Origin: Polyangiales bacterium
GTDB lineage: Bacteria > Myxococcota_A > Polyangia > Polyangiales > JADJQN01
Direction of reading: 5' to 3'
Length of the DNA stretch: 64,000 nt
NCBI GenBank assembly: GCA_964202905.1
Contig: CAXNJO010000001.1
Span: 448,001-512,000, forward strand
Part shown: piece by piece, positions 9,787 to 21,629 of the stretch
How the letters are laid out: the number at the start of each line of letters is the position of its first letter
How positions within the stretch are numbered: the first letter of the stretch is position 1
Translations under genes and position numbers: made by a program
Notes under the pieces: generated by a model
What the model saw: the letters and a program-made list of their open reading frames with translations, nothing else
Database searches by the model: none
Told to the model about the DNA's origin: nothing

Positions 9787-10837
9787 GGTCCACCTCGAGG
9801 TAGCGATGCCGATCTCCCGACATCCGCCGGATCTCCGGCAGATAGACGGAGTTCATGACGTAGATGGCGCTGCCCGCCGGGAGCACCGCGAGGGCCTCCT
9901 CCGGCGACTGCACGCGCAGCCCCGTGGCCGCCAGGTACTTGCCCTGTTTGGCCGGGTTGAGGTCGATGACGACGTCCACCGGACACCCGGCGCGCGCGCG
10001 GAGCAGCGCGAAGATGACGCCCTTCGACGCGCCACCCCACACGACGACCGGCCCCGCTTCCCCGGGCGAGCGCGCGACGCGCCCGAAGTCCGGCGGGAAC
10101 ATGGCGCGATCGGCGTCGTCCGCGCGGGGCGGGCGCAGCGTGGCGAGGTCCGCGACGACGCCGAGGTACTGCCCGCCGAAGAGCCGCTGCGCGGACTCGA
10201 CGCGCCCGAACATGCGGTGAAAATCGGCGAGCCGGAAGTAGTTCACGTGCTCGTAGAAGACGTCGAACCACGCGCGGTGCGCGAGGATCCAGTCGAGGCA
10301 CGGCACCTCGACGTAGATGCGCCCGCTGCCGCCGTTCGCGTCGCGCAGCAGGGCGAGGAACGCGTACGGATCGCGGATGTGCTCGAGCACGTGGCGCAGC
10401 ACGAGACCGCGCGCGCGCAGGCCCTCGCCCGGCCCGAAGTAACGCGCGTGGATGCGCGGATTCCGGCCCTCGTAGGTGGGGTCGAACCCGACGAGGTCGA
10501 AGCCGCGCGACGCGAGCAGCTCGAGGAAATAGCCCTTGCCGCAGCCCACCTCGACGAGCCCCTCGCGGCCGAGCCCGCGCTCGACGACGCCCGCGACCTC
10601 CTCGAGGTGCGCGCGGAACGCGGGGCTCACCGCCTGCTCGTTCTGGTAGTGGCCGTCGTAGACCATGCGCGCGGGATCGAAGGCCGCGTTGAACACGAGC
10701 CCGCTCGACGGATCCTCGACGAGCTCGATGTCGCCGCGCGGGCAGGCGACCGCCTCCGCGGCGGTGTCGTACATCCGATTCTGGAAAATCGGGAACTCGG
10801 GTTGGCGGTAGAGCACGCGCGTCGGGGTGCTGCTCAC
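9779..10837 (-). CDS. Class I SAM-dependent methyltransferase, sugar C-methyltransferase-like
   Basis: EVGCGKGYF, RHVLEHI, YEHVNYF, WGGASKG and DLNPAKQG motifs. GTG start at 10837 is coupled to the upstream stop. Confidence 0.82.
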   Translation of the reverse strand: MSSTPTRVLYRQPEFPIFQNRMYDTAAEAVACPRGDIELVEDPSSGLVFNAAFDPARMVYDGHYQNEQAVSPAFRAHLEEVAGVVERGLGREGLVEVGCGKGYFLELLASRGFDLVGFDPTYEGRNPRIHARYFGPGEGLRARGLVLRHVLEHIRDPYAFLALLRDANGGSGRIYVEVPCLDWILAHRAWFDVFYEHVNYFRLADFHRMFGRVESAQRLFGGQYLGVVADLATLRPPRADDADRAMFPPDFGRVARSPGEAGPVVVWGGASKGVIFALLRARAGCPVDVVIDLNPAKQGKYLAATGLRVQSPEEALAVLPAGSAIYVMNSVYLPEIRRMSGDRHRYLEVDHG

Positions 10838-11691
10838 GACGCCGCTCCACCCGCAGCCGCCCGGCCACCGCGCACGCCGACGACGCAGGGCGGATCGACG
10901 AGGTTGTCGGGCCGCGCGCCGAAGCGCAGCAGATCCGGTCGGCCGTACTCGGCGGCGATGCGCTCGGCGAGCGCGCGCACCGTGACGCCGACGCCCGAGC
11001 AGACGTTCACCGCGCCGCAGTCGTCGCCGAGCGCGAGATCGACGAGCTGCGCGGCGGCCTCCGCGACGTCGAGGAAGTCGCGGACCTGCGCCCCGCTCGT
11101 GAGCTCCGCGGGCTCCCCCGCCGCGAGGCGCGCGCGCAGGTAGGGCACGAGGCGACGCGCGTCCTCGCCCTCGCCGTGCAGGTAGAAGAGCCGCGCCCAC
11201 GCGAACGCGACGGACTGCGTCGGCAGCCAGTACGCGAGCATCCAGTACGCGCTCGCCTTCGCCGCCGCGTACGGCGTCGCAGGGCGGAGCGGCGTGTCGA
11301 CCGAGAGCGTGCCGCCCGAGAGGTCGTATTCGAAGCAGGTCCCGACGCCGACGACGCGCCGCACGCCGGCGCCCGCCGCCCCGCGCGCGAGCCGCAGCGT
11401 GCCCTCGAGGCAGTCGAGGTTGCGCGGCGAGGCGAGGTAGCGGCCCGGCTCCGCGTACCAGGCGGTGTGCACGACGGTGTCGATGCCGGCGCACGCGCGC
11501 GTCCAGAACGCGGCGTCCTCCGCGAAGAGGTCGGGGGTCGCGACCACCCCCTCGCACGCCGCCGACCCGAGCCGCGCCTCGCTCCCCGAACGCACGACGA
11601 CGCGCACCGACCGGCCGCGCGCGCCGAGCTCGCGCAGCACCTGCCGCCCGACGAAGCCCGTCGCCCCGGTGAGCAGCACGGTGCCCGTCAC
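10834..11691 (-). CDS. NAD-dependent epimerase/4-ketoreductase (extended SDR)
   Basis: TGATGFVG Rossmann motif, GTCFEY, catalytic YAAAK and RDFLDV. Confidence 0.88.
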   Translation of the reverse strand: MTGTVLLTGATGFVGRQVLRELGARGRSVRVVVRSGSEARLGSAACEGVVATPDLFAEDAAFWTRACAGIDTVVHTAWYAEPGRYLASPRNLDCLEGTLRLARGAAGAGVRRVVGVGTCFEYDLSGGTLSVDTPLRPATPYAAAKASAYWMLAYWLPTQSVAFAWARLFYLHGEGEDARRLVPYLRARLAAGEPAELTSGAQVRDFLDVAEAAAQLVDLALGDDCGAVNVCSGVGVTVRALAERIAAEYGRPDLLRFGARPDNLVDPPCVVGVRGGRAAAGGAAS

Positions 11692-11923
11692 GCGGCCCCC
11701 ACGCGCCCGCGCCGCGCCGACGACGCGCGCGCGACGCCGCCCGCGCGACGCCCGACCCCGACGTGTGCAGCACCCACGTCGTGGAGGCTCCCCCGCCCCC
11801 CGGCGCCGGTCAAAGAAAGGGCATCACGCCCGCAGCCGCGGGTGACACGACCCCAACGTGCGGCTGCGCAGGGCGACCCGGCGCGTGGCCCGCGCCGGGG
11901 CAGCGGGGTAGTCTCGCGACCCC

Positions 11924-13012
11924 ATGACGCGCGTCGCCAACTTCAACCCCGGTCCCGCCGCACTGCCCCTCTCCGCGCTCGAGCTCGCGCGCGACGAGCT
12001 GCTCGATTTCGAGGGCACCGGCATGTCGATCCTCGAGCACTCGCACCGCGGCCCCGTCTACATGAAAGTCCACGAGGAGGCGACGGCGCTGCTCCGCGAG
12101 CACGCGCGCATCCCCGCCGACTTCGACGTGCTCTTCCTGCAGGGCGGCGCGTCGCAGCAGTTCGCGGTGGTGCCGATGAACCTGCTGCACCCGGGGCGCA
12201 GCGCGGATTACGCGATCACCGGGGTGTGGGCCGAGAAGGCCTTCGCCGAAGCGAAGAACCTCGGCGCGGTGCGCGCCGCGGCCGACACCGGCGCGGGCGG
12301 CCGCTACACGCGCGTCCCGACGCAGGCCGAGCTCGACCTCGACCCGGGCGCCGCGTACTTCCACTACACCACCAACAACACGGTGGTGGGGACGCAGTTC
12401 CACTACACGCCCGAGACGGGCGGCGTCCCGCAGGTGCTCGACATGTCGAGCGACATCCTCTCGTACACGCCGGATTGGTCGAAGATCGGGCTCGTCTACG
12501 CGGGCGCGCAGAAGAACATCGGGCCGACGGGGATCACGGTCGTGATCGTCCGCAAGGACCTCGTCGCGGCGGGGCGCAAGGACATCCCGCTCATCTTCCG
12601 CTACGCGACGCAGGCGAAGGAGCAGTCGCTCTACAACACGATCCCCACCTTCGGCGTGTACCTCATCCGCAACACGCTGCGCTGGGTGTCGGCGCAGGGC
12701 GGCGTGCCCGCGCTGCGCAAGGTCAACGCGGAGAAGGCGCGGCGCTTGTATGGCGCCATCGACGAGAGCGCGGGCTTCTACCGCTGCCCGGTCGAGGTCG
12801 CGTCGCGCAGCGAGATGAACGTCGTGTGGAACCTCCGCACGCCGGAGCTCGAGGCCGCCTTCGCGAAGGACGCGGACGCGCGCGGGCTCGCGGGGCTCAA
12901 GGGGCACCGGATCGTCGGCGGGCTCCGCGCGTCGATCTACAACGCCGTACCGCTCGCCGACGTCGAGCGGCTCATCGCGTTCATGGGCGAGTTCCGCGAG
13001 ACGCACGGCTGA
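11924..13012 (+). CDS. serC: Phosphoserine aminotransferase
   Basis: NFNPGPAALP, SHRG, LQGGASQQF, DMSSD, AGAQKNIGP and GHRIVGGLRASIYNA motifs. Confidence 0.96.
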   Translation: MTRVANFNPGPAALPLSALELARDELLDFEGTGMSILEHSHRGPVYMKVHEEATALLREHARIPADFDVLFLQGGASQQFAVVPMNLLHPGRSADYAITGVWAEKAFAEAKNLGAVRAAADTGAGGRYTRVPTQAELDLDPGAAYFHYTTNNTVVGTQFHYTPETGGVPQVLDMSSDILSYTPDWSKIGLVYAGAQKNIGPTGITVVIVRKDLVAAGRKDIPLIFRYATQAKEQSLYNTIPTFGVYLIRNTLRWVSAQGGVPALRKVNAEKARRLYGAIDESAGFYRCPVEVASRSEMNVVWNLRTPELEAAFAKDADARGLAGLKGHRIVGGLRASIYNAVPLADVERLIAFMGEFRETHG

Positions 13013-13046
13013 GCGACAGAACGCCCATTTTTCCAGCCTTTTCGCG

Positions 13047-13832
13047 CTATGCGGGGTCGAGCACGGCGAACAGCGCGCGCACCCGCGGCGCGCCCAGCGC
13101 GGCGATGACGGGGCGCAGCTCCGCGTCGACGCCGCGCAGCAGCGCGAGCGCCTCGTCACGGCGCCCGAGCGCGTCGAGCGCGCAGGCCTGCACGACGGTG
13201 GCGTCGCGCGCGAGGTCGGCGTCCGCGGCGGCGCCGGCCGCGATGCGCACCGCGACGCGCAGCGCGGGCTCGGCCCCACCGCGCTCGATCTCCACCTGCG
13301 CCTCGAGGAGATCGAGGCGCACGTCGAGCTCGTCGTCGCCGCACGTGAGCGGGCGCCCGGTGAGCGCGTCCTTCGCCGCGTCGGGCGCGCCGCGGCGCAG
13401 CGCGATCTCGGCGCGCGCGTGGCGCACCACGGCCGCGTCCACGGCGGGCAGCGCGGCCACGTCGACGTCGGCGAGCACGTCGGCGGCTTCGTCGCTCTGA
13501 CCGTCGGCGTCGAGCAGCTCGGCGAGCGCGACGCGGAGACACGCGCGGTCGGTGGTGTCACGCGACGCCGCGAGACGCGACCGCAGCGAGCCGATGGCGG
13601 CGGGCCGCAGCGACGGCTCGAGCAGCGCGTCCTCCCACTGCGCGTCGAGGCGGGCGCGCGCGCGGCGCCGGCGCCAGCGCAGCACCTCGATCAGCGCGAG
13701 CAGCGCGCTGACACCGAGCGCGACGGGGATCATCACCCACGCGAGGCCGCGCGGCGCGAGCAGGCGGTACGCGCCGAACGCGAGGACGGCGACGAAGACG
13801 ATCCGCAGCACGCGGAGACCTGTGCGTTTCAC
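13047..13832 (-). CDS. Hypothetical membrane protein with a TPR-like helical C-terminal region
   Basis: Two N-terminal hydrophobic helices followed by Ala/Leu-rich helical repeats. GTG start at 13832 is inferred. Confidence 0.55.
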   Translation of the reverse strand: MKRTGLRVLRIVFVAVLAFGAYRLLAPRGLAWVMIPVALGVSALLALIEVLRWRRRRARARLDAQWEDALLEPSLRPAAIGSLRSRLAASRDTTDRACLRVALAELLDADGQSDEAADVLADVDVAALPAVDAAVVRHARAEIALRRGAPDAAKDALTGRPLTCGDDELDVRLDLLEAQVEIERGGAEPALRVAVRIAAGAAADADLARDATVVQACALDALGRRDEALALLRGVDAELRPVIAALGAPRVRALFAVLDPA

Positions 13833-13960
13833 GGCAGCGGACCCGTAGCAGACGCGCGCGCGCAGGCACGCGGGTGGTGGCCTCGAGGCGCGCGAACCCA
13901 TGAAAATAGGGGCTTCCGTCGATGGACGGCCGCCGTCGGCGAGACTAGCTTGCGGCGACG

Positions 13961-16065
<2,105 letters not shown>

Positions 16066-16152
16066 GTCGCGCCCGCGCGACGTGCGATCGCGCAGGATCG
16101 CGGCATGTCGCCACCTTGAGAGGCCGGAGCGGTGCACCTAGACTCGGGCGGC

Positions 16153-17976
16153 ATGACGGCGAATCTACGTCCGCTCGCATCCGCGCTCGCGATGGTGATG
16201 GTGTCCGGCACGCTCATGTCCGCGCCCGCGGCGGCCGACGAACCGCCGCCCGTGCGCACGGTGCGTTTCCGATTCCATCCGGTCGAGCGCGCGCAGGTCG
16301 CGCTCTGGATCGAGCGGGAGGGCGAGCCCTTCTTCCACACCGTGCGCCTCACGCAGGCCGTGGCGCGGCGCGGCATCGGCAACCGGCCGGGCGCCCTGCA
16401 GATGAACAGCGGATTCCGCTGGCCGTACGGCCGCCGCGAAGGCGCGCTCCCGGTGTGGGCGCATCGCCGCGTCGACGTGGGCGAGCAGGCGCCCTTCCGC
16501 CGCGTGATCTTCCGCGACCGCGTGAGCGAGGGCGCCGCGTCGCAGGCGCCGACGGGCCTGTTCCCCGGCGAGAGCTACCGCGACAACCCCGATGACTACT
16601 TCTGCCTCTCCTTCCGGCGCGAGCTGAGCGCGAAGGACGCCCTCGACGCCGTCGCCTGCGCGACGCTGTTCAACAGCGACAAGGGCCGCTACGCCACGGA
16701 AGACGACGTCTCCGCGAACTACGCGGAGCCCTTCGTCGACGACGCGGGGGCGCCCACGATGCGACCGCTCGGCGCAGACTCGCTCTATCCGCCGCGCCGC
16801 GACGTCACGTGCAGCCGCGGCGACGGCTGCGGCAACCACCCGGACGTCGGCCAGTACGTGGCGGATGCGCGCCGCGCGATGCCGGAGATCGACACCGCGA
16901 CCATCGCGACGCTGCCGAGCCAGGAGTACAGCTTCCCCTTCCAGATCCCCGCGGATTGGGCCGATGGCGCGTACGTCGCCTACCTCGAGGTCAACACCGA
17001 GGGCGACTACAACGCGCAGTACAACGACCGCACGCACCCGACGCCGGTGACGCCCACGGGCCTGTGGGACTACTGGGCGCAGAGCTACGGCTACGCCTAC
17101 CGCGGGCAGCCCTCGGTCGTGTACCGCGTGCCCTTCACGGTGGGCGCCGACGAGGTCCAGACGACGGCCGAGCCGATGGCCTACAGCGCGGTGAACGGCA
17201 CGGACGGCGAGATGCGCGCGATGACGGACGGCGTGATCACCGACGATCCGGTGGGCGCCCCCGGCAGCGGCGCCGACCGCGTCTACCTCGCCGGGGACGG
17301 CTGGCGGTTCCGCGTCGAGGTGACCTCCCCCGCGTTCTGCGAGGGCAACCAGGCGCCCGCGCCGATCACCGACTTCACGGCCGCGCCCGTCGACGACGAC
17401 GTGCACTCGCACGAGTGGGCGACGCTGACCTTCTCGGTCCCCTTCGAGGACAAGGCGATCGATCGCTTCGAGGTCCGCGTCAGCACGACGCCGATCACCG
17501 ACGAGCCGAGCTTCCTCGCGGGCCAGCCCGCCAACGCGGCCTCGCTCGAGGACGTCGCGCTCGAGGTGCCGACGACGGGCACGACGGGCGACCGCGTGCG
17601 AGTGACGCTCGGCGGGCTGACACCGCAGGCGCGCTTCTACGTGGGCGTCCGGGCCGTCGACGCGTGCGGGCAGGCGGGCCCGATCGCGACGAGCGAGGTG
17701 CACACCACCGCGATCAACTTCACCGTCGTCTCGCCGTGCTTCGTCGCGACGGCGGCGTGGGGCAGCCCGCTCGCCACGGAGATCGGCGCGCTGCGGCGCT
17801 TCCGCGATCGCCACCTGCTGACGAACGCGCCCGGTCGCTCGTTCGTGCGCGCGTACTACGCCGTCGGCCCCACGCTCGCCGGCGTCGTCGGGCGCCACGA
17901 CGGACTGCGCGCCGCCGTGCGCGCGGTGCTCGGGCCGGTCGTCGACGCCGCAGGTGTCCTCGACGGCGAACCGTGA
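16153..17976 (+). CDS. Secreted protein: DUF2271-like N-terminal domain, FN3-like domain and CFI-box-CTERM C-terminus
   Basis: Signal peptide ending in PAAA. QVALWIE, LPVWAHR, DAVACAT and DGAYVAYLEVNTEGD resemble DUF2271. GLTPQARFYVGVRAVD is FN3-like. CFVATAAWGSPLA...LRRFRDRHL...GRSFVRAYY..GP is a CFI-box-CTERM. Confidence 0.7.
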   Translation: MTANLRPLASALAMVMVSGTLMSAPAAADEPPPVRTVRFRFHPVERAQVALWIEREGEPFFHTVRLTQAVARRGIGNRPGALQMNSGFRWPYGRREGALPVWAHRRVDVGEQAPFRRVIFRDRVSEGAASQAPTGLFPGESYRDNPDDYFCLSFRRELSAKDALDAVACATLFNSDKGRYATEDDVSANYAEPFVDDAGAPTMRPLGADSLYPPRRDVTCSRGDGCGNHPDVGQYVADARRAMPEIDTATIATLPSQEYSFPFQIPADWADGAYVAYLEVNTEGDYNAQYNDRTHPTPVTPTGLWDYWAQSYGYAYRGQPSVVYRVPFTVGADEVQTTAEPMAYSAVNGTDGEMRAMTDGVITDDPVGAPGSGADRVYLAGDGWRFRVEVTSPAFCEGNQAPAPITDFTAAPVDDDVHSHEWATLTFSVPFEDKAIDRFEVRVSTTPITDEPSFLAGQPANAASLEDVALEVPTTGTTGDRVRVTLGGLTPQARFYVGVRAVDACGQAGPIATSEVHTTAINFTVVSPCFVATAAWGSPLATEIGALRRFRDRHLLTNAPGRSFVRAYYAVGPTLAGVVGRHDGLRAAVRAVLGPVVDAAGVLDGEP

Positions 17977-18194
17977 CGCGCGCGCGGACTGCGGTCGCAG
18001 CGGGCCTCGCGCTGCTCTGCCTCGCGGCGGGCTGCGTGCACGTCGCGCCGTACGAGCGCGAGCACCTGGCGCGGCCGAGCATGGACTTCTCGCGAGAAGG
18101 CAGGGAGATCGCCTTCCGCTCGCACGTCCACGAGTCGCGCGAGGGCGCGATGGGTGGCAATGGCGCGGCCGGCGGCGGCTGCGGCTGCAATTGA
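17973..18194 (+). CDS. DUF4266 family small lipoprotein
   Basis: Lipobox AAGC, VAPYEREHLA and a C-terminus SREGAMGG...GGGCGCN. GTG start overlaps the upstream stop. Confidence 0.88.
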   Translation: MTRARTAVAAGLALLCLAAGCVHVAPYEREHLARPSMDFSREGREIAFRSHVHESREGAMGGNGAAGGGCGCN

Positions 18195-19426
18195 GCACGC
18201 CCCGCCCACACACCGCGCGCGCGGGTGACTGCGACGACCGGGCGCGCCATCGCGTGCTGCATGCCGCGCTGCTCGTCGGTGCAGCCGTGCTCGCGCTCGT
18301 CGGCGTGCGCGCCCTCGGCGCCCGCGCAGACGAGTCCACGGGCACCTGGACGGGCGCGGTCGAGACGCGCGGCAACTACTACTGGGAGCGCTCGACGCGC
18401 GTCTACGCACCGGCGGTGCACGGCGAGCTCGCATCACCGGACGGCGTGCGCCTCTCGGTCGACTACCTGGTCGACGCGATCACGAGCGCGAGCGTCGCGG
18501 CGGGCGTCAACGCGGACGTGCGCTTCACCGAGATCCGGCACGACGTCGGCGCGGGCGTCGGCTACGAGTTCTCGCTCGGCGACGACGCGAAGTTCCTCTC
18601 GACGCTGCGCCTGCGCTGGAGCGAGGAGCCCGACTACACCTCGCGCGCGGTGAGCCTCTCGAACCAGCTCGCCCTCGACGACCGCTCCACGCTGCTCACG
18701 CTGAACGCGAGCTTCCTCTTCGACGACGTGCGCCAGCGCGTCATGGGCGGCCCGCGCATGGGCGTCTACGACGTCGGCGACCGCGCAGGGCTCCTGCAGG
18801 ACGACGCGTGGGACGTCGACTTCAACGTCGCCTCTCTCACGCTCGGCCTCACGCAGACGATCTCGCCGACGGTCCTGCTCGACGTCGGCTACGACTTCGC
18901 GCAGCTCGACGGCTACCAGAACAACGTCTACCGGCAGGTGCCCGTCGCCGGCACGCCGCGCCCCGAGAACCACCCGCTCGCGCGGACGCGCCACGCGCTC
19001 TACGCGCGGCTCGCGTGGTACGTGCCGGCCTCGCGCACCTCGCTGCACGCGCTGCTGCGCGGCTACCTCGACTCCTGGGACATCGCCGCGATCACGCCGG
19101 AGGCACGCCTCTATCAGGAGATCTCCAGCCTCGCGCAGCTCCGCCTGCGGTACCGCTTCTACGCGCAATCGCGCGCGTACTTCTACCGCGCCGACAGCAC
19201 CGACTACGCCTCGGACGACGTCTTCGTCAGCGCCGACCCGAAGATGAGCGCGTTCCGGAGCCACCTCGCGGGCGCGCAGCTCTCGCTCGGGCTCGACTTC
19301 CTCGAGGGCTCCGGGCTCGACTTCGCGCGCGGCGGATCCGTCGACTTCGGCATCGACTACCTCTGGCAGACGAGCCGCTTCGGCAACGGCGTCATCGCGC
19401 AGATGGGCCTGCGCGTCCCGTTCTGA
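18191..19426 (+). CDS. DUF3570 family outer-membrane beta-barrel protein
   Basis: VDAITSAS, SEEPDYTS, GYQNNVYR, PENHP..RTR, DSWDI, RYRFYAQ and ADPKMS motifs, with a terminal F. Follows DUF4266. Start is uncertain (TTG at 18191). Confidence 0.8.
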   Translation: MSTPRPHTARAGDCDDRARHRVLHAALLVGAAVLALVGVRALGARADESTGTWTGAVETRGNYYWERSTRVYAPAVHGELASPDGVRLSVDYLVDAITSASVAAGVNADVRFTEIRHDVGAGVGYEFSLGDDAKFLSTLRLRWSEEPDYTSRAVSLSNQLALDDRSTLLTLNASFLFDDVRQRVMGGPRMGVYDVGDRAGLLQDDAWDVDFNVASLTLGLTQTISPTVLLDVGYDFAQLDGYQNNVYRQVPVAGTPRPENHPLARTRHALYARLAWYVPASRTSLHALLRGYLDSWDIAAITPEARLYQEISSLAQLRLRYRFYAQSRAYFYRADSTDYASDDVFVSADPKMSAFRSHLAGAQLSLGLDFLEGSGLDFARGGSVDFGIDYLWQTSRFGNGVIAQMGLRVPF

Positions 19427-19454
19427 CAACACGGTTGCGACTGCAACCGCGTTG
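19427..19454. terminator. Hairpin between convergent DUF3570 and RluA-family genes
   Basis: CAACACGGTTGC-GACT-GCAACCGCGTTG inverted repeat lying directly between the two stop codons. Confidence 0.55.
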
Positions 19455-19456
19455 CA

Positions 19457-20404
19457 TCAACCCAGGTCGTGCGCGGCGGTGACTGCGGCCTCGAGCGAGG
19501 CGGGCAGCGGCGCTTCGACGCGCACCTCGCGCCGCGTGACGGGATGCGTGAACCGCAGCGACGCTGCGTGCAGGAAGTGCCGCGACAGCCCGGGCACCGC
19601 GGGCCCGCCGTACAGCCGATCCCCCGCGAGCGGGTGCCCCGCGGCCGCGAGGTGCGCGCGGATTTGGTGCCGCCCGGCGACCGGCGCCTCGACGCGCACG
19701 CGCGTGAAGCCGCCGACCGTCTCGGCCTCGACGACGTGCGTGATCGCGTCGCGCGCGCGGAGGCGCACGGCGTCGCGCTCCTCGACGCAGGCGAGCACGC
19801 GGCGCGGATCACGCGGGTGCGTCGCGAGCGGGAAGGCGAGCGTCGTCGGCGCGCCGAGCGCCCCCTCGACCAGCGCGACGTAGCCCTTCGCGAGCGTGCC
19901 CTCGCGCAGCGCCTCGCGCAGCGCCTCGAAGGTCTCCGCGTCGCGCGCCGCGAGCAGGACACCGGACGTGTCCGTGTCGATGCGGTGCACCAGCCCCGGC
20001 TCGCGCGCGCGGTAGCCGACGCCCGCCATCTCCGGGTAGCGCGCGACCAGCGCGTTCGCGACGGTGCCGAGCTCGTCGGGGCGCAGCGGGTGGCACGGCA
20101 CGCCCGCGTCCTTGTCGACGACGACGAGGTGCGCGTCCTCGTGGAGCACGCGCAGCGGCAGCGCTGGATCCGGGCGCGCCGCGAACGCGCTCGGCACCGG
20201 GCGCTCGGCGAGCGTCACGACGTCCCCCGCCTCGACGACGGCGCCCTTGCGCGCGCGGCGGCCGTTGACGCGGACCTTGCCCTCTTCCGTCAGCAGGCGC
20301 GCCGTGCTGCGGCTCATGTCCGGCGTGCGCCGCACGAGCACCAGGTCGAGGCGCGCGCCCGCGTCCTCGTCGCCGACCGTGAACGAACCTGCGTCTTCCG
20401 TCAC
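19457..20404 (-). CDS. RluA/RluD family pseudouridine synthase with S4 domain
   Basis: RLDLVL...SRS...VRVNG S4 region, catalytic GLVHRIDTDTSG, GRHQIRAH, GDRLYG and FLHA motifs. Confidence 0.92.
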   Translation of the reverse strand: MTEDAGSFTVGDEDAGARLDLVLVRRTPDMSRSTARLLTEEGKVRVNGRRARKGAVVEAGDVVTLAERPVPSAFAARPDPALPLRVLHEDAHLVVVDKDAGVPCHPLRPDELGTVANALVARYPEMAGVGYRAREPGLVHRIDTDTSGVLLAARDAETFEALREALREGTLAKGYVALVEGALGAPTTLAFPLATHPRDPRRVLACVEERDAVRLRARDAITHVVEAETVGGFTRVRVEAPVAGRHQIRAHLAAAGHPLAGDRLYGGPAVPGLSRHFLHAASLRFTHPVTRREVRVEAPLPASLEAAVTAAHDLG

Positions 20405-20513
20405 GCGCGACGTCTCGCACGCGGCGGAAGGCCGCGCCACCCGCACGCTGGCGTGCCCTGCGACGACTCGGACCTTTGCTCGCGGCGGCGACGCTCTTAT
20501 GCTCTGAGGCCCG

Positions 20514-21629
20514 ATGCCTGCACGGCGCGATTACTACGACGTCCTCGGCGTCCCACAGGAAGCGTCCGCGGAGGACCTCAAGCGCGCCTATCGCAAGAAG
20601 GCGGTCGAGCTGCACCCGGACCGCAACCCCGGCGACGAGGCCGCAGAGGAGCGCTTCAAGGAGGCGAGCCAGGCCTACGCCGTGCTGAGCGACGTCGAGA
20701 AGCGGCGCCGCTACGACCGCATGGGCCACGAGGCGTTCACGACCTCCGGCGGGCCGAGCGGCGGCGCCGGCTTCGAGCCGACGGACTTCGGCGCGGTCAC
20801 CGAGATCCTCGAGGGGCTGCTCGGCGACGTCCTGCGTAGCGGCCGCGCGCGCAAGAAGCCGGGCAACGACGTGCGCCTCGACGTCACGGTGACGTTCGAG
20901 GAGGCGGCGCTCGGCGCCGAGAAGACCGTCGAGATCACGCGCCCCGCGCCCTGCGACGCGTGCAGCGGCACGGGCGCGGCGGAGGACTCGCGCGTCGAAT
21001 CCTGCGCGGCCTGCGGTGGCCGCGGCGAGCAGCGCCTGCAGCGCGGCTTCTTCGTCACGACGCGCCCCTGCGAGGCCTGCCGCGCGAGCGGCAAGCGCAT
21101 CGAGAAGCCGTGCCCGGCCTGCAAGGGCGGCGGCTCGATGCCGAAGACCGAGCCCTTGCTGATCCGCATCCCGCCCGGCGTCGAGGACGGCTCGGTCCGC
21201 ACGGTGCGCGGCGCGGGCGAGCCGTCTCCCAACGGTCCGGGAGACCTGCACGTCCACGTGCTGATCGCGCCGCACCCGGTCTTCACGCGCAAGAGCGCCG
21301 ACGTGCACTGCACGGTCCCGGTGGCCTACCCGCAGGCCGTGTTCGGTGCGCAGATCGACGTCCCGACGCTCGAGGGCAGCGTGAAGATGAAGCTCCCCGC
21401 AGGCTCGCCCTCGGGCAAAATCTTCCGCCTGCGCGGCAAGGGGATCCAGGTCTTCGGCGGCGTCGGCAAGGGCGACCAGCTCGTGCGCGTCGTCGTCGAC
21501 GTGCCCGAGCCGGAGCAGCTCTCGAAGAACGCGCGCCGCCTCGTCGAGGAGCTCGCGAAGGAGCTCGGCGAAAAGCCGCTGAGCGCGCAGAGCGGGCTCA
21601 TCGGAAGGATCCGGGGCCTCTTCGAGTGA
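20514..21629 (+). CDS. dnaJ: Molecular chaperone DnaJ
   Basis: J-domain with HPD, four CxxCxGxG-type zinc-finger repeats, GDLHV and RLRGKG motifs. Confidence 0.93.
   Translation: MPARRDYYDVLGVPQEASAEDLKRAYRKKAVELHPDRNPGDEAAEERFKEASQAYAVLSDVEKRRRYDRMGHEAFTTSGGPSGGAGFEPTDFGAVTEILEGLLGDVLRSGRARKKPGNDVRLDVTVTFEEAALGAEKTVEITRPAPCDACSGTGAAEDSRVESCAACGGRGEQRLQRGFFVTTRPCEACRASGKRIEKPCPACKGGGSMPKTEPLLIRIPPGVEDGSVRTVRGAGEPSPNGPGDLHVHVLIAPHPVFTRKSADVHCTVPVAYPQAVFGAQIDVPTLEGSVKMKLPAGSPSGKIFRLRGKGIQVFGGVGKGDQLVRVVVDVPEPEQLSKNARRLVEELAKELGEKPLSAQSGLIGRIRGLFE

Noticed and set aside
2648..11691. tRNA-Ala as the integration site of an island carrying the sugar cluster
   Set aside because: No integrase, no duplicated tRNA 3' end and no obvious compositional shift were seen.
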